The notes beneath the pieces are model-generated. The model saw only the letters and a list, made by a program, of their open reading frames with translations. It did not search any database and was not told the origin of the DNA. Made by a program: the position numbers and the translations under genes. Of a DNA stretch of 64,000 nucleotides, positions 11,838 through 27,073 are shown piece by piece (within the stretch, counting starts at the first letter, position 1; each line of letters starts with the position of its first letter). The DNA is taken from NCBI RefSeq assembly GCF_009914755.1, contig NC_060929.1. The stretch is one strand, 5' to 3'. This DNA comes from the human T2T-CHM13v2.0 reference genome, Homo sapiens.

Positions 11838-13735
11838 AAGGGCTATGGGAGTTATAAGCCAGGAACTGTGGACGAAAACCTATTTTTAAAAATATAGATA
11901 TATAAACACAACCACATACATAAATAAAATAACACCACAAGAAGGAATCAAAGTTGCTTTTGAAATTCCAGGTCTGGACACTAGGAAGGATGCTGGTGTT
12001 ATTAATAAAGAGGAAGAGAAGTGTGAGAGTGTCTGTGTGTTTGTGGAGATATTTGCTAATTTTTTAAGATGTTGATATATTCACCTTAAGGTGAAGATTC
12101 TTGGGAGAGCTTTGTTAATTTAAGCCTGGCGTTTAGGAAGGAAGTTAGATTTAGAGAGGGAAATTTGGGGATTGCTCTCATAGAGGTTATAATTTGAGCT
12201 GATGGATAACTGATATTTCCATGACTGTGAATAAATACAGAAATGGAAAATTCTGAGGAAAAGGCACGTAGAAAATGCCTTAGTTTTAGGATGACTTTTG
12301 AGTAAATTGTGTAATATTTCACCCTTATTTTTTTAAAAAAGTTAAATAGGAGAAACACTTTGAGAAAGCATAGAGGGAGAAAACTAATGCCTTAAAACAT
12401 TGCCTAACGCATAATAGGAGCTTAAAAAAATCTTTGTTGAATGAATAATTGTAACTTGTTTGGGATATAAGCCTATGTATAGTAGAAAAATGGGCATATT
12501 GTGGAGAACTTTTGAGGGAGAGAGTGGATAATGCCTGTTCCCCTGCCCTGTGCTCATAGGGTTATTGCTGATACCAGATGAAAGGACAGATCTGAGAATA
12601 TTTTGAACTTTTAAAATGTTCTTTGAGGCATATTTCAGTTTGAGGAACTGAAAGAAATTCCATAAGTAAGGTAGTATGTCTGTATTCAGCAAGTAAGGTA
12701 ACATGTCTGCATATAAGCTTATATTCTTTCCATTTTATTTGGTGGGAATTAGATTTGTAAAGTATATTGTAAAGAATGTTTAGGGTATTGTTATGGCTAT
12801 ATATCTTTTGATAAGTCAATTCTTTTTTTTTTTGCCTGTGCTTTTTCCCACTGCCTGTTATATTTTTCTCACTTTCCTTCTCAGTCCCTCACTTTTTCCA
12901 AGTCAGTTGCCATTCATCTTTTAGGTCTCAGTTTAGCCATCAGTTCTTTCAGGAAATGTATGCTAAAATTCTAAGACTGAGACAGGTATTTTTTTGTATC
13001 CCTGTGTATCCTCCTACTTACTATACCAGATTACAGTTGCTTAATTTGTCTGTCTTCTCCACTAGAACCTAAACTTTCCTGTCATGGTGTTCTGTCGTAT
13101 TTACTGTTATATTCTACCATGTAGCACAATGCTTGGCACATAGTTTGTTGGAGATGAACTAAATAAGAGACAATGTTAGACTAAAGTTTACTTTTAACCT
13201 TCAGACGTAGTGATTTCTTATCTTCATGTGCTGAATGGTATGATACTATAATTGTTGAAGTTCTAAGAAAAACCCAACTATAAGAATTGATACTGTTTTG
13301 AGGATTTAAAGAACACAGATACAAGAGATTGAAAATGTGCTGTAGGTACTAATACTAGCCTCCTGCTAGTAGGTATTGTGCTAGCCTTCCCTCCCTTTTC
13401 CTCCTCTCTTTCAACATTTGATCAGTGCATAACATTTCTTGGAGAGGTGTGGTTTTTTTTCTTCCCTTCGTTATCTGTTTACTAGGGTGATGGGAGTTAA
13501 AGGTAGTAAAAACTTCACAATCATGGTTGAGTGCATTTCAGTGTAAACTTTGTATTCTCAACCTTTTGTATGTTAGTCTTTTAGTGAATTTTGGGTGGAC
13601 AGAGTGTATGATAGTGCTGTTTCTTTAGAAATGCTCTCTCGAAACTAAAACCTCTTGGATTCTGTAAATATGTTACCTGTTGAAAAAGGAAACAGCATTT
13701 CTGCCCTTACTTTGAACTAACTTGATCTGAGATAA

Positions 13736-13781
13736 ATACATACACACATGCACGCATGTGCACACACACATACATATGCAC
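13736..13781. repeat. Alternating purine-pyrimidine (CA-rich) microsatellite
   Basis: atacatacacacatgcacgcatgtgcacacacacatacatatgcac. Confidence 0.85.
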
Positions 13782-14085
13782 TCTAGTTATCTGGTTATAT
13801 ACAAATATACCCAAGAATAGCTAATATAAACACGCCCTCTTCTCCCCTTCCTCAAGTTTAAGTGATGTGTAGTTGGTCTAAGGGGTACTACAGCTGTTTT
13901 GCTTAGCCTAGTGGTTGTTCAAGTGAATTTACCAGTGACCCAATTTTAGTCTCTATCATAGTGATTTGAAAAAAAAGGCCAAGTAAAGTCACTTAGTATG
14001 AGATAAATTTTCTTTACTTTCCTCTTCACTTTAAGAAATCAGTTGCTTTTTTAATTTTTTTATTTTTTTTTAACCTTTAGCAGAC

Positions 14086-14465
14086 TGTATTAGTTCATTC
14101 TCATGATGCTAACAAAGACAAACCCGAGATGGGGTCACTTATAAAGGAAAGAGGCTTAATTGACTCATAGTTCCGCAGGGCTGGGGAGGCCTCAGGAAAC
14201 TTACAATCATGGCGGAAGGGGAAGCAAACATGTCCTTCTTCACATGGTGTCATCAAGGAGAAGTACTGAGCAAAAGGGGGAAAAGCCCCTTATAAAACCA
14301 TTAGATCTCGTGAGAACTCACTATCACAATAACAGCAGCATGGGGGTAACTGCCCCCATAATTCAGTTACTTCCCACCGGGTCGGGTCCCACCCACAACA
14401 TGTGGGGATTATGGAAACTACAATTCAAGATGAGATTTGGGTGGAGACACAGCCAAACCATATCA
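14086..14465 (-). mobile_element. THE1 (THE1C-like) solo LTR
   Basis: TGTATTAG...CCATATCA; perfect TSD CAGAC (14081-14085, 14466-14470); similar to the LTRs at 7472 and 9464. Confidence 0.92.
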
Positions 14466-15079
14466 CAGACAGTAAGAATATATTTGTTACAAATAAATAT
14501 GGGAGCTTAAGAAGATTTTTATGTTTTAGCAAATGCATACCAACTTGAAATCACCAATTTAGTTTTAGAAGACACAAGCGTGTGTAACAAAGTCTGATTA
14601 GCATTTTGAGGCTTGTAGAATAACTTCAGAAGTTTGTAGTATGATCAGGCACACAGAGTCCCAAGTGATTCAGATGCAAAAGATTTCTTGGCAATTGGAT
14701 TTCTGCATGTATGTTTCTCTGTAGCTACTTTGGTGCCTGTCAGTAATATAACCAAAAGGAAAAACCAAGTGGAAAGTAAAAGTAATCTGCTGGTAACTTC
14801 AATTTAGTTTTCTTTTTATAAAAGGAACTCTATTGATGTTAGCACTGTTTTAATGGTTTTCTGTTGTGTAGTAGACAGTTTTCATTTGGGATTGTCAAGT
14901 TAGTTGTAAATAATTGTATAGTTTCAATGAAATGCCTGTCTGTATTCACACTAGGATATTTTCTCATTGCACAAATTTCCATATTTTTCTCTGATCAAGT
15001 GAGACAGATTATAAAACACAAAGGCCCCTCTAAGGCCCTTCGGATGTGTTCCAGCAATATGCAGCAGCCCCCCACCCCC

Positions 15080-15389
<310 letters not shown>

Positions 15390-16184
15390 TAAAAAATGTT
15401 CATGTGATTCCAAATTTAAAATAGAGTGATTTCTGTGACTTTTTTTAATTGTTCACTTTTTTAACATGCAGTTTCATCTTAGATGTATGATATTGTATGT
15501 AAATTGATTTGTATTTCTAAAAAAATGAAATTAAGGGACTCCATATCTACCTGTAAGATTTCTCAACAAAAATTTACAAAGCTAGCTGGGAAGACATGTA
15601 TGTACTTCTTGAATTTCCTCCTGCTATTCCTTTTCCCCATCTTCCTTAGAGAGGCAAAGAAGAAGAGAGAGGGAGATTTACTTTTAAAATAGGAGAACAT
15701 TAAATGCTTTATTATTAATGTGTTACATTAAGCAGTTTTAAGTCATAGTATCTCAAGTACATACTATCCTTTATATTGCCCCCAACACCCAAAATATACA
15801 CACATTGGGAAAAGAATGGGGGCTCTTTGGGGGTTTCCTTCTAGAGTTGCCAGGTGAAATAGAATTTCTAGTTTATTAATAGTATGGCACTTGCAGCCCC
15901 AATTAATTTGAATGCTCTATAATGTTCAAAAAGAGTTTTGAGAAAATTTCCTCCTAAAATTAATGCCTTAGTAGAAAAAAAGATTGGTTTCTCCTGTTCT
16001 CTTCCCCAAATTAGATGGAAAGTAAACAAGACTGGAAAATAGGTAATTGAGACTAAGATGATTCACAGATTGATCACCCATTTTGCAACAGTCATAAAAT
16101 TTGTTAGTTTTTTTGAAGAAGTTTATTAATCAGTCCCATATCCTTTGAGTATCCTCTACTCCCCTGTGATACTGGTTTGATATT

Positions 16185-16430
16185 AATTAAGCTAATATTT
16201 ACTGGGTTCTTGGTATCCATTAGGTATTCTTCTAAGCAACTTTATATGTGTTAGCTCATTTAATAATAATATTAAGCCAACATTCTCTGAGGTAGACACT
16301 ATTATATTCCTTTTATAGATGAGGAAACTGAGGCTCAGAGATAAAGTAATCTGCCTACATTTGCGCAGCTAGGTGGCAGAGCTGGGATTCAAAGACAGTG
16401 ACTCTAGAGTCTTTTAACCGTTCTACTATA
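16185..16430 (-). mobile_element. MIR SINE
   Basis: Core atagatgaggaaactgaggctcagaga...ggcagagctgggattc. Confidence 0.8.
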
Positions 16431-16750
16431 AAGCCTATGTAGTATTTTTCATTTTTGTATTTTTCTTTAAAGGAATTTAGTACAAGTCATTAATTTTATT
16501 CTGAGGTTGAGATAGAAATTAATTTCCCTAATTTACAAGTGATGGTAACGACATAAAAAATGTAAAGACTTGGCCGTAACTGTGGAGACAGTTTCTGACG
16601 AGATTTGGTATGTTTAGGGTGGCATTGCCATAGATTGGAGGTTTCTTGGGTTTCTGTTAAGTCTTGGTCTTCTGCTAGTATGCATTGTCTCTTTTGAACA
16701 AGCTCAGGGAGTGTCAGCATAATCATACTTCTTTGAGTTCTGTCAGCCTA

Positions 16751-17140
<390 letters not shown>

Positions 17141-18263
17141 TTACATTGGCATGGTGGTTTAACTAGATGACTTATAAAGTATTTTTCAACATTGTTTTAT
17201 GAGTCAACACTTCTTCTTTCATTGGACAAATACTTTTAAAACTTATTATTGCTATGTGCCAGGTATATTCTGTGTTATAATTGCCACAAATGTGAGCAGA
17301 TTGATAAACTTTAACTTAGATGATGAGCTATTGTTTAGTAATCTCATGTTACACTCAGAGTATTCTCATACCACCAGTATGATTCTTATGCTTATGTTTC
17401 TTTGAGGTATTCTAGATTCCAGTTGAATTTTTTTTTTAAACTTATTTGAAAACGGTCACCAGCAAATCTACTTTTAAAGAGATATAATAAGGCTTTGACT
17501 GTGAAGACTTAAGAGTAATAGTGGGGTTGATTAAATATGTTTTCTTGTATTTCTTTGTAATTTTATTGCTGTGACTATTTGTAGAGGCAGAAAGTGTAGC
17601 ATTTTTAAAAATTGAGTATTTTAGACAAATAACCACTCCCAAAGTGTTCACTCTTGGGAAATGTTATATCTTTGTTATTGAGAGTATGTTTTGTAAAGCC
17701 ATATCCCACCTGAAATAAAAAGAATTACAGACTTCAGAAAGTTAAGGTAGACAGCATTTTCTTGGCTACTGGGGCTAATTAGAATATATGATTCTCTATG
17801 CAGGACAGCCACCTTAGGGACTCTGAATCTCTCAGTAGGGTAAAATTTTTATATTTATATAAAAGATTGTGGGTTAAAAAATGGTTGAGAAATACTGTTT
17901 TTGAGTAAACCCAAGGACTGGTGTTTAAAGGTTATATAGTATTTTACTTAGGTTCTAGAAATCTGTAAGGTGTCTGAATCAAATCTTGTAACATTGGATT
18001 TATTGTGATTTATTTATAAAACATTTAAGGATCAAATCAACTAAGTAAATATTTACAAGCTGATGGCTGGATAATTGCAGTTTATAGTCATAATCAAGAA
18101 TTGACATGTTTTGCTTTATGTGTTTGAAGCTTACGACCTTTTGACATGAAGGAAATTGCTAACATTTAGGAAATAGTTACTTATTTAGATTAATGTCTTT
18201 CTCCTGAACTGACTTATCCATTTTAATGCTCAGATCTTAGAAAGTACATAGATGTAAAAAATC

Positions 18264-18566
18264 GACTCGGTGTGGTGGCTCACACCTGTAATCCTAGCAC
18301 TTGGGAAGGCTGAGGTGAGCAGATCACTTGAGTCCAGGAATTTGAGACCAGCCTGGGTGACATGGCAAAACTCTGTCTCTCCAAAAAAAAAAAAAAGCTG
18401 GATGTGGTAGCATGTGTCTGCAGTCTCGGCTACTTGGGAGGCTGTGGTGGGAAGATGGGTTGAGCCTGGGAGGTGGGGGTTGCAGTGAGCTGAGATCGTA
18501 CCAGTGTACTCCAGCCTGGGCGACAGAGTGAGACTCCCGTCTTAAAACAAAACAAAACAAAAACAA
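18264..18566 (+). mobile_element. Alu (AluJ-like) with (AAAAC)n tail
   Basis: ggtgtggtggctcacacctgtaatc...gcgacagagtgagac. Confidence 0.93.
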
Positions 18567-20448
18567 CTAAAAACCACAAATAAACATATATATTACTTAA
18601 AATCATAAGTTGGATATTTCTTATAAAGTAGTAATTGTGTAATGCCTCATGTATCTCTGTGTATCATTTCAATGGTAAGTTCAAAAGATGAAGGAGATTA
18701 AAGAAAAACCTTTTTCATCTTGACACTACCTAAGACATAACAGAAATTTAACAAATAACAAGTATATAAAAATAGAGATTTTTAAAAATTGTCCTTAATT
18801 TTATCTTTGTTGGGTATATAAATCTGCTCTCTGGGATAGTTCTACTGCTTTAAGTAATGAGGAATGCACTAGTTTCATATTCTAAGGATAACCTAAGGAT
18901 ATCCCATATATTTTCACAACTAAATAAACTCATAGCCTGAAATTTCAAAATTTTATTCTCTTATGTCGTTAAATTATAGTTCCTTAGGGTTCATTTACGA
19001 TCTCTGGTGTAAACTTTCCATTTCAGATTTAAAAAGTCCCTGAGCTCTTGAAAGTTAAATTTACTTGTCATTTGTCTCAAAGATAATGGCTGAACTAAGA
19101 TTAGGATTTTAGAGGAATGCAGTATTGATTGTTCTTTCCCTTCTTCCTCTAGTACTAACAGGTTACAATTATATTTTGTTTGTTAAGTCGTAATGGAACG
19201 CTATAAATAAGTTCATTATTTTCAGCCTTATGCATAGGGCTCTAAATAAATAGCTTGGTTTTAGAAGAAAACTAAAAGTAATTCTTTCCATAAGTTTTAA
19301 GTTTCTGTGTTTTTGTTTTATTTTTAAAAATTAAGGAGTCAAAAATAATGGGCTTTTATTACAACAAGCTTACAAAAATAGTCATAGTAACATAATGCTT
19401 TTATCATTGGCTTATATATTATATAAAATACATACATTATTACACATATAAGATTACAAATAAACTTTGGTAAAGCTGAAGTACTATATTATGTTACATA
19501 ATTGAATATATCAATGTAATATGAATGTTTATTGTTTTTCTCTGGATGTTTCAAATTAGGCTGTAAGTATCTAAGGATGAGTTTGGCTAAACTATCAAAT
19601 GTAAAAATATTTTATAGCAATTACTTTGGAGATTTGTTACCATGCCTGTATGATACTTCTAGTATATTTCTAAGCATGTTTCTGTTTATATCAGTCCATG
19701 AGGCTTTTATAGGCATACTTGGTATGCTAGAGTTACAGCCAGTTTCTTAAGTAGATCATTTGATAGTATGTAGGTAGAACACAGTTAAACTGAGAGCAAG
19801 AAGGGTGAAGGGACAAAGGTGCTATTTATTCTCCCACATGTTTGTTACATAAATTTGGAAAGTTGAGTGCAAATGTAAAATGTATAGTCATGGAGTAGAT
19901 TATCTTAGAGCCAAAGGGATTAATCAGCTTCACGTTCAAACAGGAAATTAAAATAGCATCCTTTAGACAGTGTAATTCTGTTTTCCTGTCGCAGGGCACA
20001 AACACTAAAATGGAATAAAACATTTTATATTCTCATAGGTTCCATGTGCCTTGTGAAGTCATGGTTCCTCAGTATAAGATCGAGGTAGTAAATTAATCAT
20101 TTCCATTTGTCTATCTTTTATTTTTCTAAGTAAAGATCTGGTTGCAGTAGTGTTTATATTTTGAATAGCAGGCAATCCTGGAAGTAGGGAGATGGGTAGA
20201 AATGGAAGAGATTTATATATGAGATGACTAGGACTGAGCTTTTAGAACAAATTAAAGACCAAGTAAATGAGTATTTTTTGAGACTGAGGTTAAATTGAGT
20301 TAAAATTGGAATAACTGGTTCAGAGTAAAATGTAAATGTTTAAGTTACATGTAGGCATTTAAAACCTCTAGTAGTATGTTTTTCAAGTGTCCATAGAAAT
20401 TCTGCACTTGCTATTTATATTGTAATATCTTCTCTGTTTTTCCCCTAG

Positions 20449-20601
20449 GTGGTATCACGGAAAACTTGACAGAACGATAGCAGAAGAACGCCTCAGGCAG
20501 GCAGGGAAGTCTGGCAGTTATCTTATAAGAGAGAGTGATCGGAGGCCAGGGTCCTTTGTACTTTCATTTCTTAGCCAGATGAATGTTGTCAACCATTTTA
20601 G
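20449..20601 (+). CDS. RASA1: RASA1 coding exon 2 (N-terminal SH2, first part)
   Basis: tcccctag|G TGG TAT CAC GGA...CAT TTT AG|gtaagt; 153 nt; encodes WYHGKLDRTIAEERLRQAGKSGSYLIRESDRRPGSFVLSFLSQMNVVNHF(R), recognised as p120 RasGAP nSH2. Confidence 0.98.
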
Positions 20602-21607
20602 GTAAGTCTTTATTCCTATTATGAAGCCAAATGATGTAGCTATTTTGATATAATATTCATAAATATACCTGTATAATAAAGGTGAATGACTCAGTAACAA
20701 ATAATAGAGAAGGAAGCTTGTTTTCAGTCAAATGATTTAATCAGTGATTTAGAGAGATTCTTTTGAATGTTTACATTTTTTGTTTAAAAACAATATTGTT
20801 GGGCATTACTGTGCTGATCCTCAAATATATTTATAGTTTTTAAAGTATAAAGAATTACAAATAAACTTTGAGTGGTAAGGCTAAAATAAAGGAATTGTAT
20901 ACTTTTAGACTGCAGAATAACAAAAAGTGTAGGAAACCCTGTTTAAAACTCAAATTTTGTGTCCTTTATTTTAGCTTCACTATTCTAAAACTCTTCGCAG
21001 ACATGCACTTCAGTGAAACAGACATATAAATTTTCAAATACAAATATTCTGTATATATAAACATATTTACCCATATTGTATTGTTTCATTTTTATAGAAG
21101 AAATTGAAAAAAATCATCTAATGCATATAGTGTTAAATGATAAAATGTTTGTGTACCCTTGGTTTTTAGATTTTAAAATAAGGTTCAGTAGTACCATGAT
21201 ACCACATGTAGTATGTGAAATTATTACTGTACTTTGTGTAAATATTGCAAGAGATCTGTGAGCTCCTTTTAGCCATATAAAACTTATTAAATTGTTAATT
21301 CAGCCTTAAATATGGAAAGTGAGAAGAGGTATCTGAGGGTGAGTTTTCAGATATTTGATGGAATTCTGTAATTGAGGTTTATAAGCCTGATATGTATTTC
21401 ACATCAAATGCATGTATATATATGTAAGAGAAATAGCCCCAAGTAATTTACTGTGATGAAGATACTAATAAGTGGTATTTTAGTATAAGGATATAGTTAC
21501 AAGGAAAAGAGTATGGAAATTATGGATTTATAATTTCTTTATAAAACTTGATTTTTAAAATTGGCTGTAAAGATTTTTTTATACTGTATTTTTTCCTGTT
21601 CAAATAG

Positions 21608-21743
21608 GATTATTGCTATGTGTGGAGATTACTACATTGGTGGAAGACGTTTTTCTTCACTGTCAGACCTAATAGGTTATTACAGTCATGTTTCTTGTTT
21701 GCTTAAAGGAGAAAAATTACTTTACCCAGTTGCACCACCAGAG
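21608..21743 (+). CDS. RASA1: RASA1 exon 3 (rest of nSH2), GC donor
   Basis: caaatag|G ATT ATT GCT ATG...CCA CCA GAG|gcaagt; 136 nt; IIAMCGDYYIGGRRFSSLSDLIGYYSHVSCLLKGEKLLYPVAPPE (inside ORF 21561..21866). Confidence 0.97.
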
Positions 21744-22367
21744 GCAAGTAAAATGAATAAAATATCTTTCAAAACTTTATTTTTTCAGTACAATAATGGT
21801 TTTAGCTATTGCTCAGTTTCTTATGTTTATTATAATTCAAGAAGTATTTGTTGTATTAAATTTTAATTCGGGTTATAATGTCAGAACAAAATGGACAACT
21901 TCTTTGAAAAAAAAAGAAAATATTTTTCAATAATTTTGTATTTAAGTAACCAGATTAAAAGAAAATACTGTATGGTGATAGCCTAACAAATATTTCTGAA
22001 TGTATGGGAACAAATTACTGATTTCATAGTATTAACCCTGACTTTGCTGCAAGATTCTGAAATGCCTTGTGTATCATCAATGAAAGGTTAATGTATATGT
22101 TTCATGTAGTATATTTAAAATGAAATGATCATTCATATTACGTTATAAAAGCATACTGCTTATATTTAAAATATAATTTTCATAAAAACAGGAACAACAA
22201 AAAAGCCTTTCTAGGCACTGGGTATTTATAGTCCAAGTAAAAATTTATTTGAATGATCCCATGGAGTTTCTAATGTGAATTTTTATTGGCTTTATGTGGA
22301 TATACCTCTTTTGACTTTAAGATAAAAAGACTATCTTTTTAAATCTTTTTTTTTTTATGGTTTCTAG

Positions 22368-22438
22368 CCAGTAGAAGATAGAAGGCGTGTACGAGCTATT
22401 CTACCTTACACAAAAGTACCAGACACTGATGAAATAAG
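22368..22438 (+). CDS. RASA1: RASA1 exon 4 (SH3 start)
   Basis: tttctag|CCA GTA GAA GAT...GAA ATA AG|gtattt; 71 nt; PVEDRRRVRAILPYTKVPDTDEI(S). Confidence 0.97.
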
Positions 22439-23173
22439 GTATTTTATAATCTATTCTCATGTATAGGCATTTGAAAGAGCTAGACTTCGAAGATTTATTA
22501 CTCTTGGACTAGGAAGCTTTTGAAATTTGAAGAAATGGCATACAGCAAGGTGAAAGAGCTTTTGATATTGGGTCTGTTGGTCCTGTATCTCTGGGTTGGC
22601 TTATTTGTTCAGACTGTGGTTTTGGATCAGGGTGGCCTCAGTGAATATGATAGGAGAAATAGTTAGGTTTTATTCCACTGTCTCTCACAAAGTAAGGAGA
22701 GTTCTGCTTCAATCTATATGCTATGTAAATTTTTGTTACCATGTGACATTTATGCCACAGCTATAAAGGATAAGCTTCTACTTTATGTAATGGGTGAATA
22801 ATTTTAAACCTTAGGAATGTTATAGAACTATGCAACATGTTAGTTTGTGGTTTTATTTCTATATAATTATATAATTTGATAATCAGATTATCTGTGTCTT
22901 TCTATAAGCTATTTAATTTTCTAGTGGAAACTTTGTTTCTTACCATTAATTCTCTCATTTAATTCTTACTGACACATTTTTATTTGTAATGTAAACTGGA
23001 CAGGCCTATAAATGACAAAGGAAAAAATGCATATATTGAAGAACAGGGATGAATTACAAATTTATGAATTTAGGTAATTTTAAAAAATTTTTAGTGGGAT
23101 CATTTAGGACAGCAGTTCTGTAAGTGTGTTTCATGTAACTATGGGGATCTTTGAGATCCATTTAGAAGGTTCA

Positions 23174-23628
23174 TGTATTAATCAGTGTTCTCTAGAGGAG
23201 ATTTTTTTACGGAGAATAGGTTTACACAATGATAGATGGAGACAGTAAAGACCCACAATCGGCTGTCTGCAATCTGAAAACCCAAGAAAGCCAGTGGTAT
23301 AATTCAGTCTACATCTGAAGACCTGAGAACCAGGGGAGCCTATGGTGTAAATCATAGTCTGAGGGCAGGAGAAGATGAGATGAGATGTCCCAGCTCAACC
23401 AGTAAGGCAGCAGAAAGGGATGAATTTCTTCCTCCTCCATTTTTTGTTCTGTTCAGACCCTCAGTGAATTGGATGATGCCCACTCACATTGGGGATGGCA
23501 GGATACTGTCCTCTGATTCAAATGCTAATCTTATCCAGAAACACCCTCACAGAGAAACCCAGAAATATAATGTTTAATCTGGGAACCCTATGGCCCAGCC
23601 AAGTTGACACATAAAATTAGCCATCACA
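23174..23628 (-). mobile_element. MLT2B-like ERVL solo LTR
   Basis: TGTATTA...CCATCACA; TSD gttca/gtcca; aagttgacacataaaattagccatcaca end. Confidence 0.85.
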
Positions 23629-23990
23629 GTCCATGAGATCAGATTATTTTCATAACATACTAAGACATAACTTGCCTTTTTCACTGTAAATTTTACAATG
23701 ATGGTACAAAAGCAATGGATGGTAAAACTGCTGGTGCCTTAATAGAAATCAAGGCTGTGGCACAAAAGTGTACTGTATTCTTCACTGTTACACACTTAGA
23801 GTTAAAGACAGTTTCATTGAAGAGTGTTGTTGATGAGGGAGTAAAAAATATTTATTGAATTTCAACCTGTGACTACACAACTTTAATCTGTATGATGAAA
23901 TGGGAAGTATGTATAAAACACTTCTGCTGTGTACCAGGGATCAGTGTCATGAGGAAAAGCAGTGAGTTGAGAGCTGAACTAGTTTGTTCC

Positions 23991-24283
23991 TTTTTTTTTT
24001 TTGAGACAGAATCTTGCTCTGTTACCCAGGCTGGAGTGCAGTGGCACGATCTTGCCTCACTGCAATCTCCACCTCCTGGGTTCAAGGGATTCTTTGCCTC
24101 GGTCTTCTGAGCAGCTGGAATTACAGGCGTGTGTCACCAAGTCCAGCTAAGTTTTGTAATTTAGTAGAGATGGGGTTTTGCCATGTTGGCCAGGCCAGTC
24201 TTGAACTCTTGACCTCAAGTGATCTGCCCGCCTTGGCCTCCCAAAGTGCTGGAATTATGGGCATGAGCCACTGCACCTGGCTT
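23991..24283 (-). mobile_element. Alu (AluS)
   Basis: Poly-T, reverse dimeric Alu. Confidence 0.94.
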
Positions 24284-24498
24284 AGCTGTTACTTTTGTGC
24301 ACACCATTTTCACTTGAGAGAATGTTTGACATTTTTTGAAGAAGAACAGAGTGAGTCTATTATTTCAAGGAAGAAAACTTAGTGTTTGTTGCCAATGACA
24401 AAATTTGAGTTTTGAGTAAAAATTTGAATTTTAGACATTCTGTATTGGCCATCAAGAGTTTGACAGCTTCTGAAATAATGACTTTTCTGATGAGATAG

Positions 24499-24825
<327 letters not shown>

Positions 24826-27073
24826 AAGAATGAGAGGTTTTGATAGTGTATAATGTGTTAACAACTAGAAGATATAGATAGCTCAGTGAACTAATATTTT
24901 CTAAAAGGTCAACGCATGTTGTTACAAAATTATGCATGGGTAAAAGATTCATTTAAAGTGCAAGATAGACCAATAGATGTTATTGGAATGCATAAAGTTC
25001 ACTGATAAATAGTTTTGGATTCCATATTACAACTAACCTTCAAGAAAGTACCACTCGTTGAGTTTTTGGTGTAATTTCATAGAATATCTATAATTATCAG
25101 AAAAGGCTATTAAAATACTTATCCTTTTCACAACTACATTCTTAGGTGAAGCCAGATTTTCCTCATATGTTTTAAGCAAAAAAATCATATAGCAGCAAAT
25201 TTAATGCAGAAACAGATATGGGACTCCAGCAGTTTTCATTTAAGCCAGGCATTAAGAGATTTGCAAAATTATAAAACAGTGATATTCTCACTAAATTTGT
25301 AAAAGTATCTTTTTCATATTTTTAATGAGCTATTTTTAAAGGAATTAGTGAATATTTTCAAACATTTGTTTTAAATTTGAATATGGTAAATATCAGTAGA
25401 TATCCATATAAATAAAAGCCATTTAGGATGTCATTTTTAAGAGTGTAAAGAGGTCCTGGGAGACCAAAAAGAAAAAAAAAATAGCTGATCTAGGAAGATG
25501 GGAATTTAAATAATACTTTGATGATATAAATTTGGATTTATGAGTCTTTTAAAAAGTTTATACACACCTGTGGATTTTAAAATAAAAATACCTTAAAAAT
25601 TAATGATTTAATAAAGCACTTTAGCCTGTTTTAGGGGGGATAACACAAAATAATATAGAATGAGTTATGATTAGATTGTATTACTACTAACAAGCTTATT
25701 TAAAACTTTTTTTGGTTTTTGCACCATGAAAAGTTGGTATAGCAACAACAATGAAACTTGAAATTAGAAATATCTCTTATGGCTACTTTTAACTAAGAAA
25801 TGAAATTTACCAGTTCATGTGCACCCTCCTTTTACTCATAATGATTTTCTTTAATGTGCTTATTTAGGTGGTTCTAGAAAGGAATAGTTTAATTGGTTAA
25901 GTGGTAATGTCTGCTGCCATTCAGCTAGTGAAATATTGGCCATCATTAAGAAGGATTGTAGAATCAAGATAGAATACAATATTCTATGATTATTCAAATA
26001 TTGAGTTAAATGTTGTATAATACAAGTTCTGTTGTCTGAAACATTGTCCAAGATACAATGAAGCTTGAGATAGCATAGAGAAAGCAGTTAAAGCTTTCAA
26101 GGATAGGAGAAGAGATTTACTTAAATTTACTTAATAGATTTTGATTTGTGAATATTAAGATTGAAAGGAAAATTGCTGGAAAAAAAGACAAATACAGTTA
26201 TAGATACAGGGTTAATGGTACCATCCAACAAATCTGGAAACTTTGTATTCAGATGCATTCTTTTAAGCCTGAAAGGACAAATTCAAGAATTACTAATGGT
26301 TTTATATTGATGAAATACATCAGCAACTTGTTGTTTCCATAATTGTGTGGAGGTTGAAAACATCTAGGTTTCAGTAAAAGGAAACTAAGTTGTATATGCA
26401 TCTCTGTACTCTTAAATTGGTAACAGAAAAAAAACATACATTCCTTTCTCATAATATATCCCTTGGTACCTACCACTTTCAGAGAAAGAATGCTGTACCC
26501 ATTGGATAATGGGTATCTGGGTGAATTAAACAAGCCCTGGTTTTTTTATAAGAAAAATGTTAACTGACATAAGCATCTACATCATGCTTATCTAAAATAA
26601 ACATTTTCTGAAGTAACTCTATATCTTATGTATGTATAGTGTGTTAATTATATTTATTTTGTGTTTTGATTTTATATCTACCCTACATCTGAAAGAGTAA
26701 TAACATTGAAGCATAAGTTTTTCAATTCAGTTTTCTTGTAGTTACACCCCAAAACCTTCAATATATGTACAATCAGTTTCTGTTAACAGAAGTTGTAATT
26801 TGAATCTAACAATAATTCAGTGATATAGTTAGTGCAGATACTACTATCAAACCCATTTTACTCATGAGGTAATTAAAATTCAGATTATTTATTATTTTCA
26901 GGAATTGACATGTGGATAATGCCAGAAATAGGATACAAATTTAGGGTGTTTGACTCTAATTCCTTACATTTTTCAATATAATACTATCCCTATCCTATTT
27001 TGTGGTATATGACTATTCTAATCTCTGTATTTAAAATTTTTAAATTTAATAACTTTAAAATTGCTATTTTCAG

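Larger units (their letters stand above)
10320..11939 (-). mobile_element. MER21-like LTR hosting nested insertions
   Basis: TGTTTAGG...AACACCACA ends; 5-bp TSD AGAAG (10315-10319, 11940-11944); aacaaggg|ctatgggagttataagccaggaac rejoins once the insert is removed. Confidence 0.8.

Noticed and set aside
13736-13781. Potential Z-DNA tract
   Set aside because: Common AT-containing microsatellite; nothing suggests function
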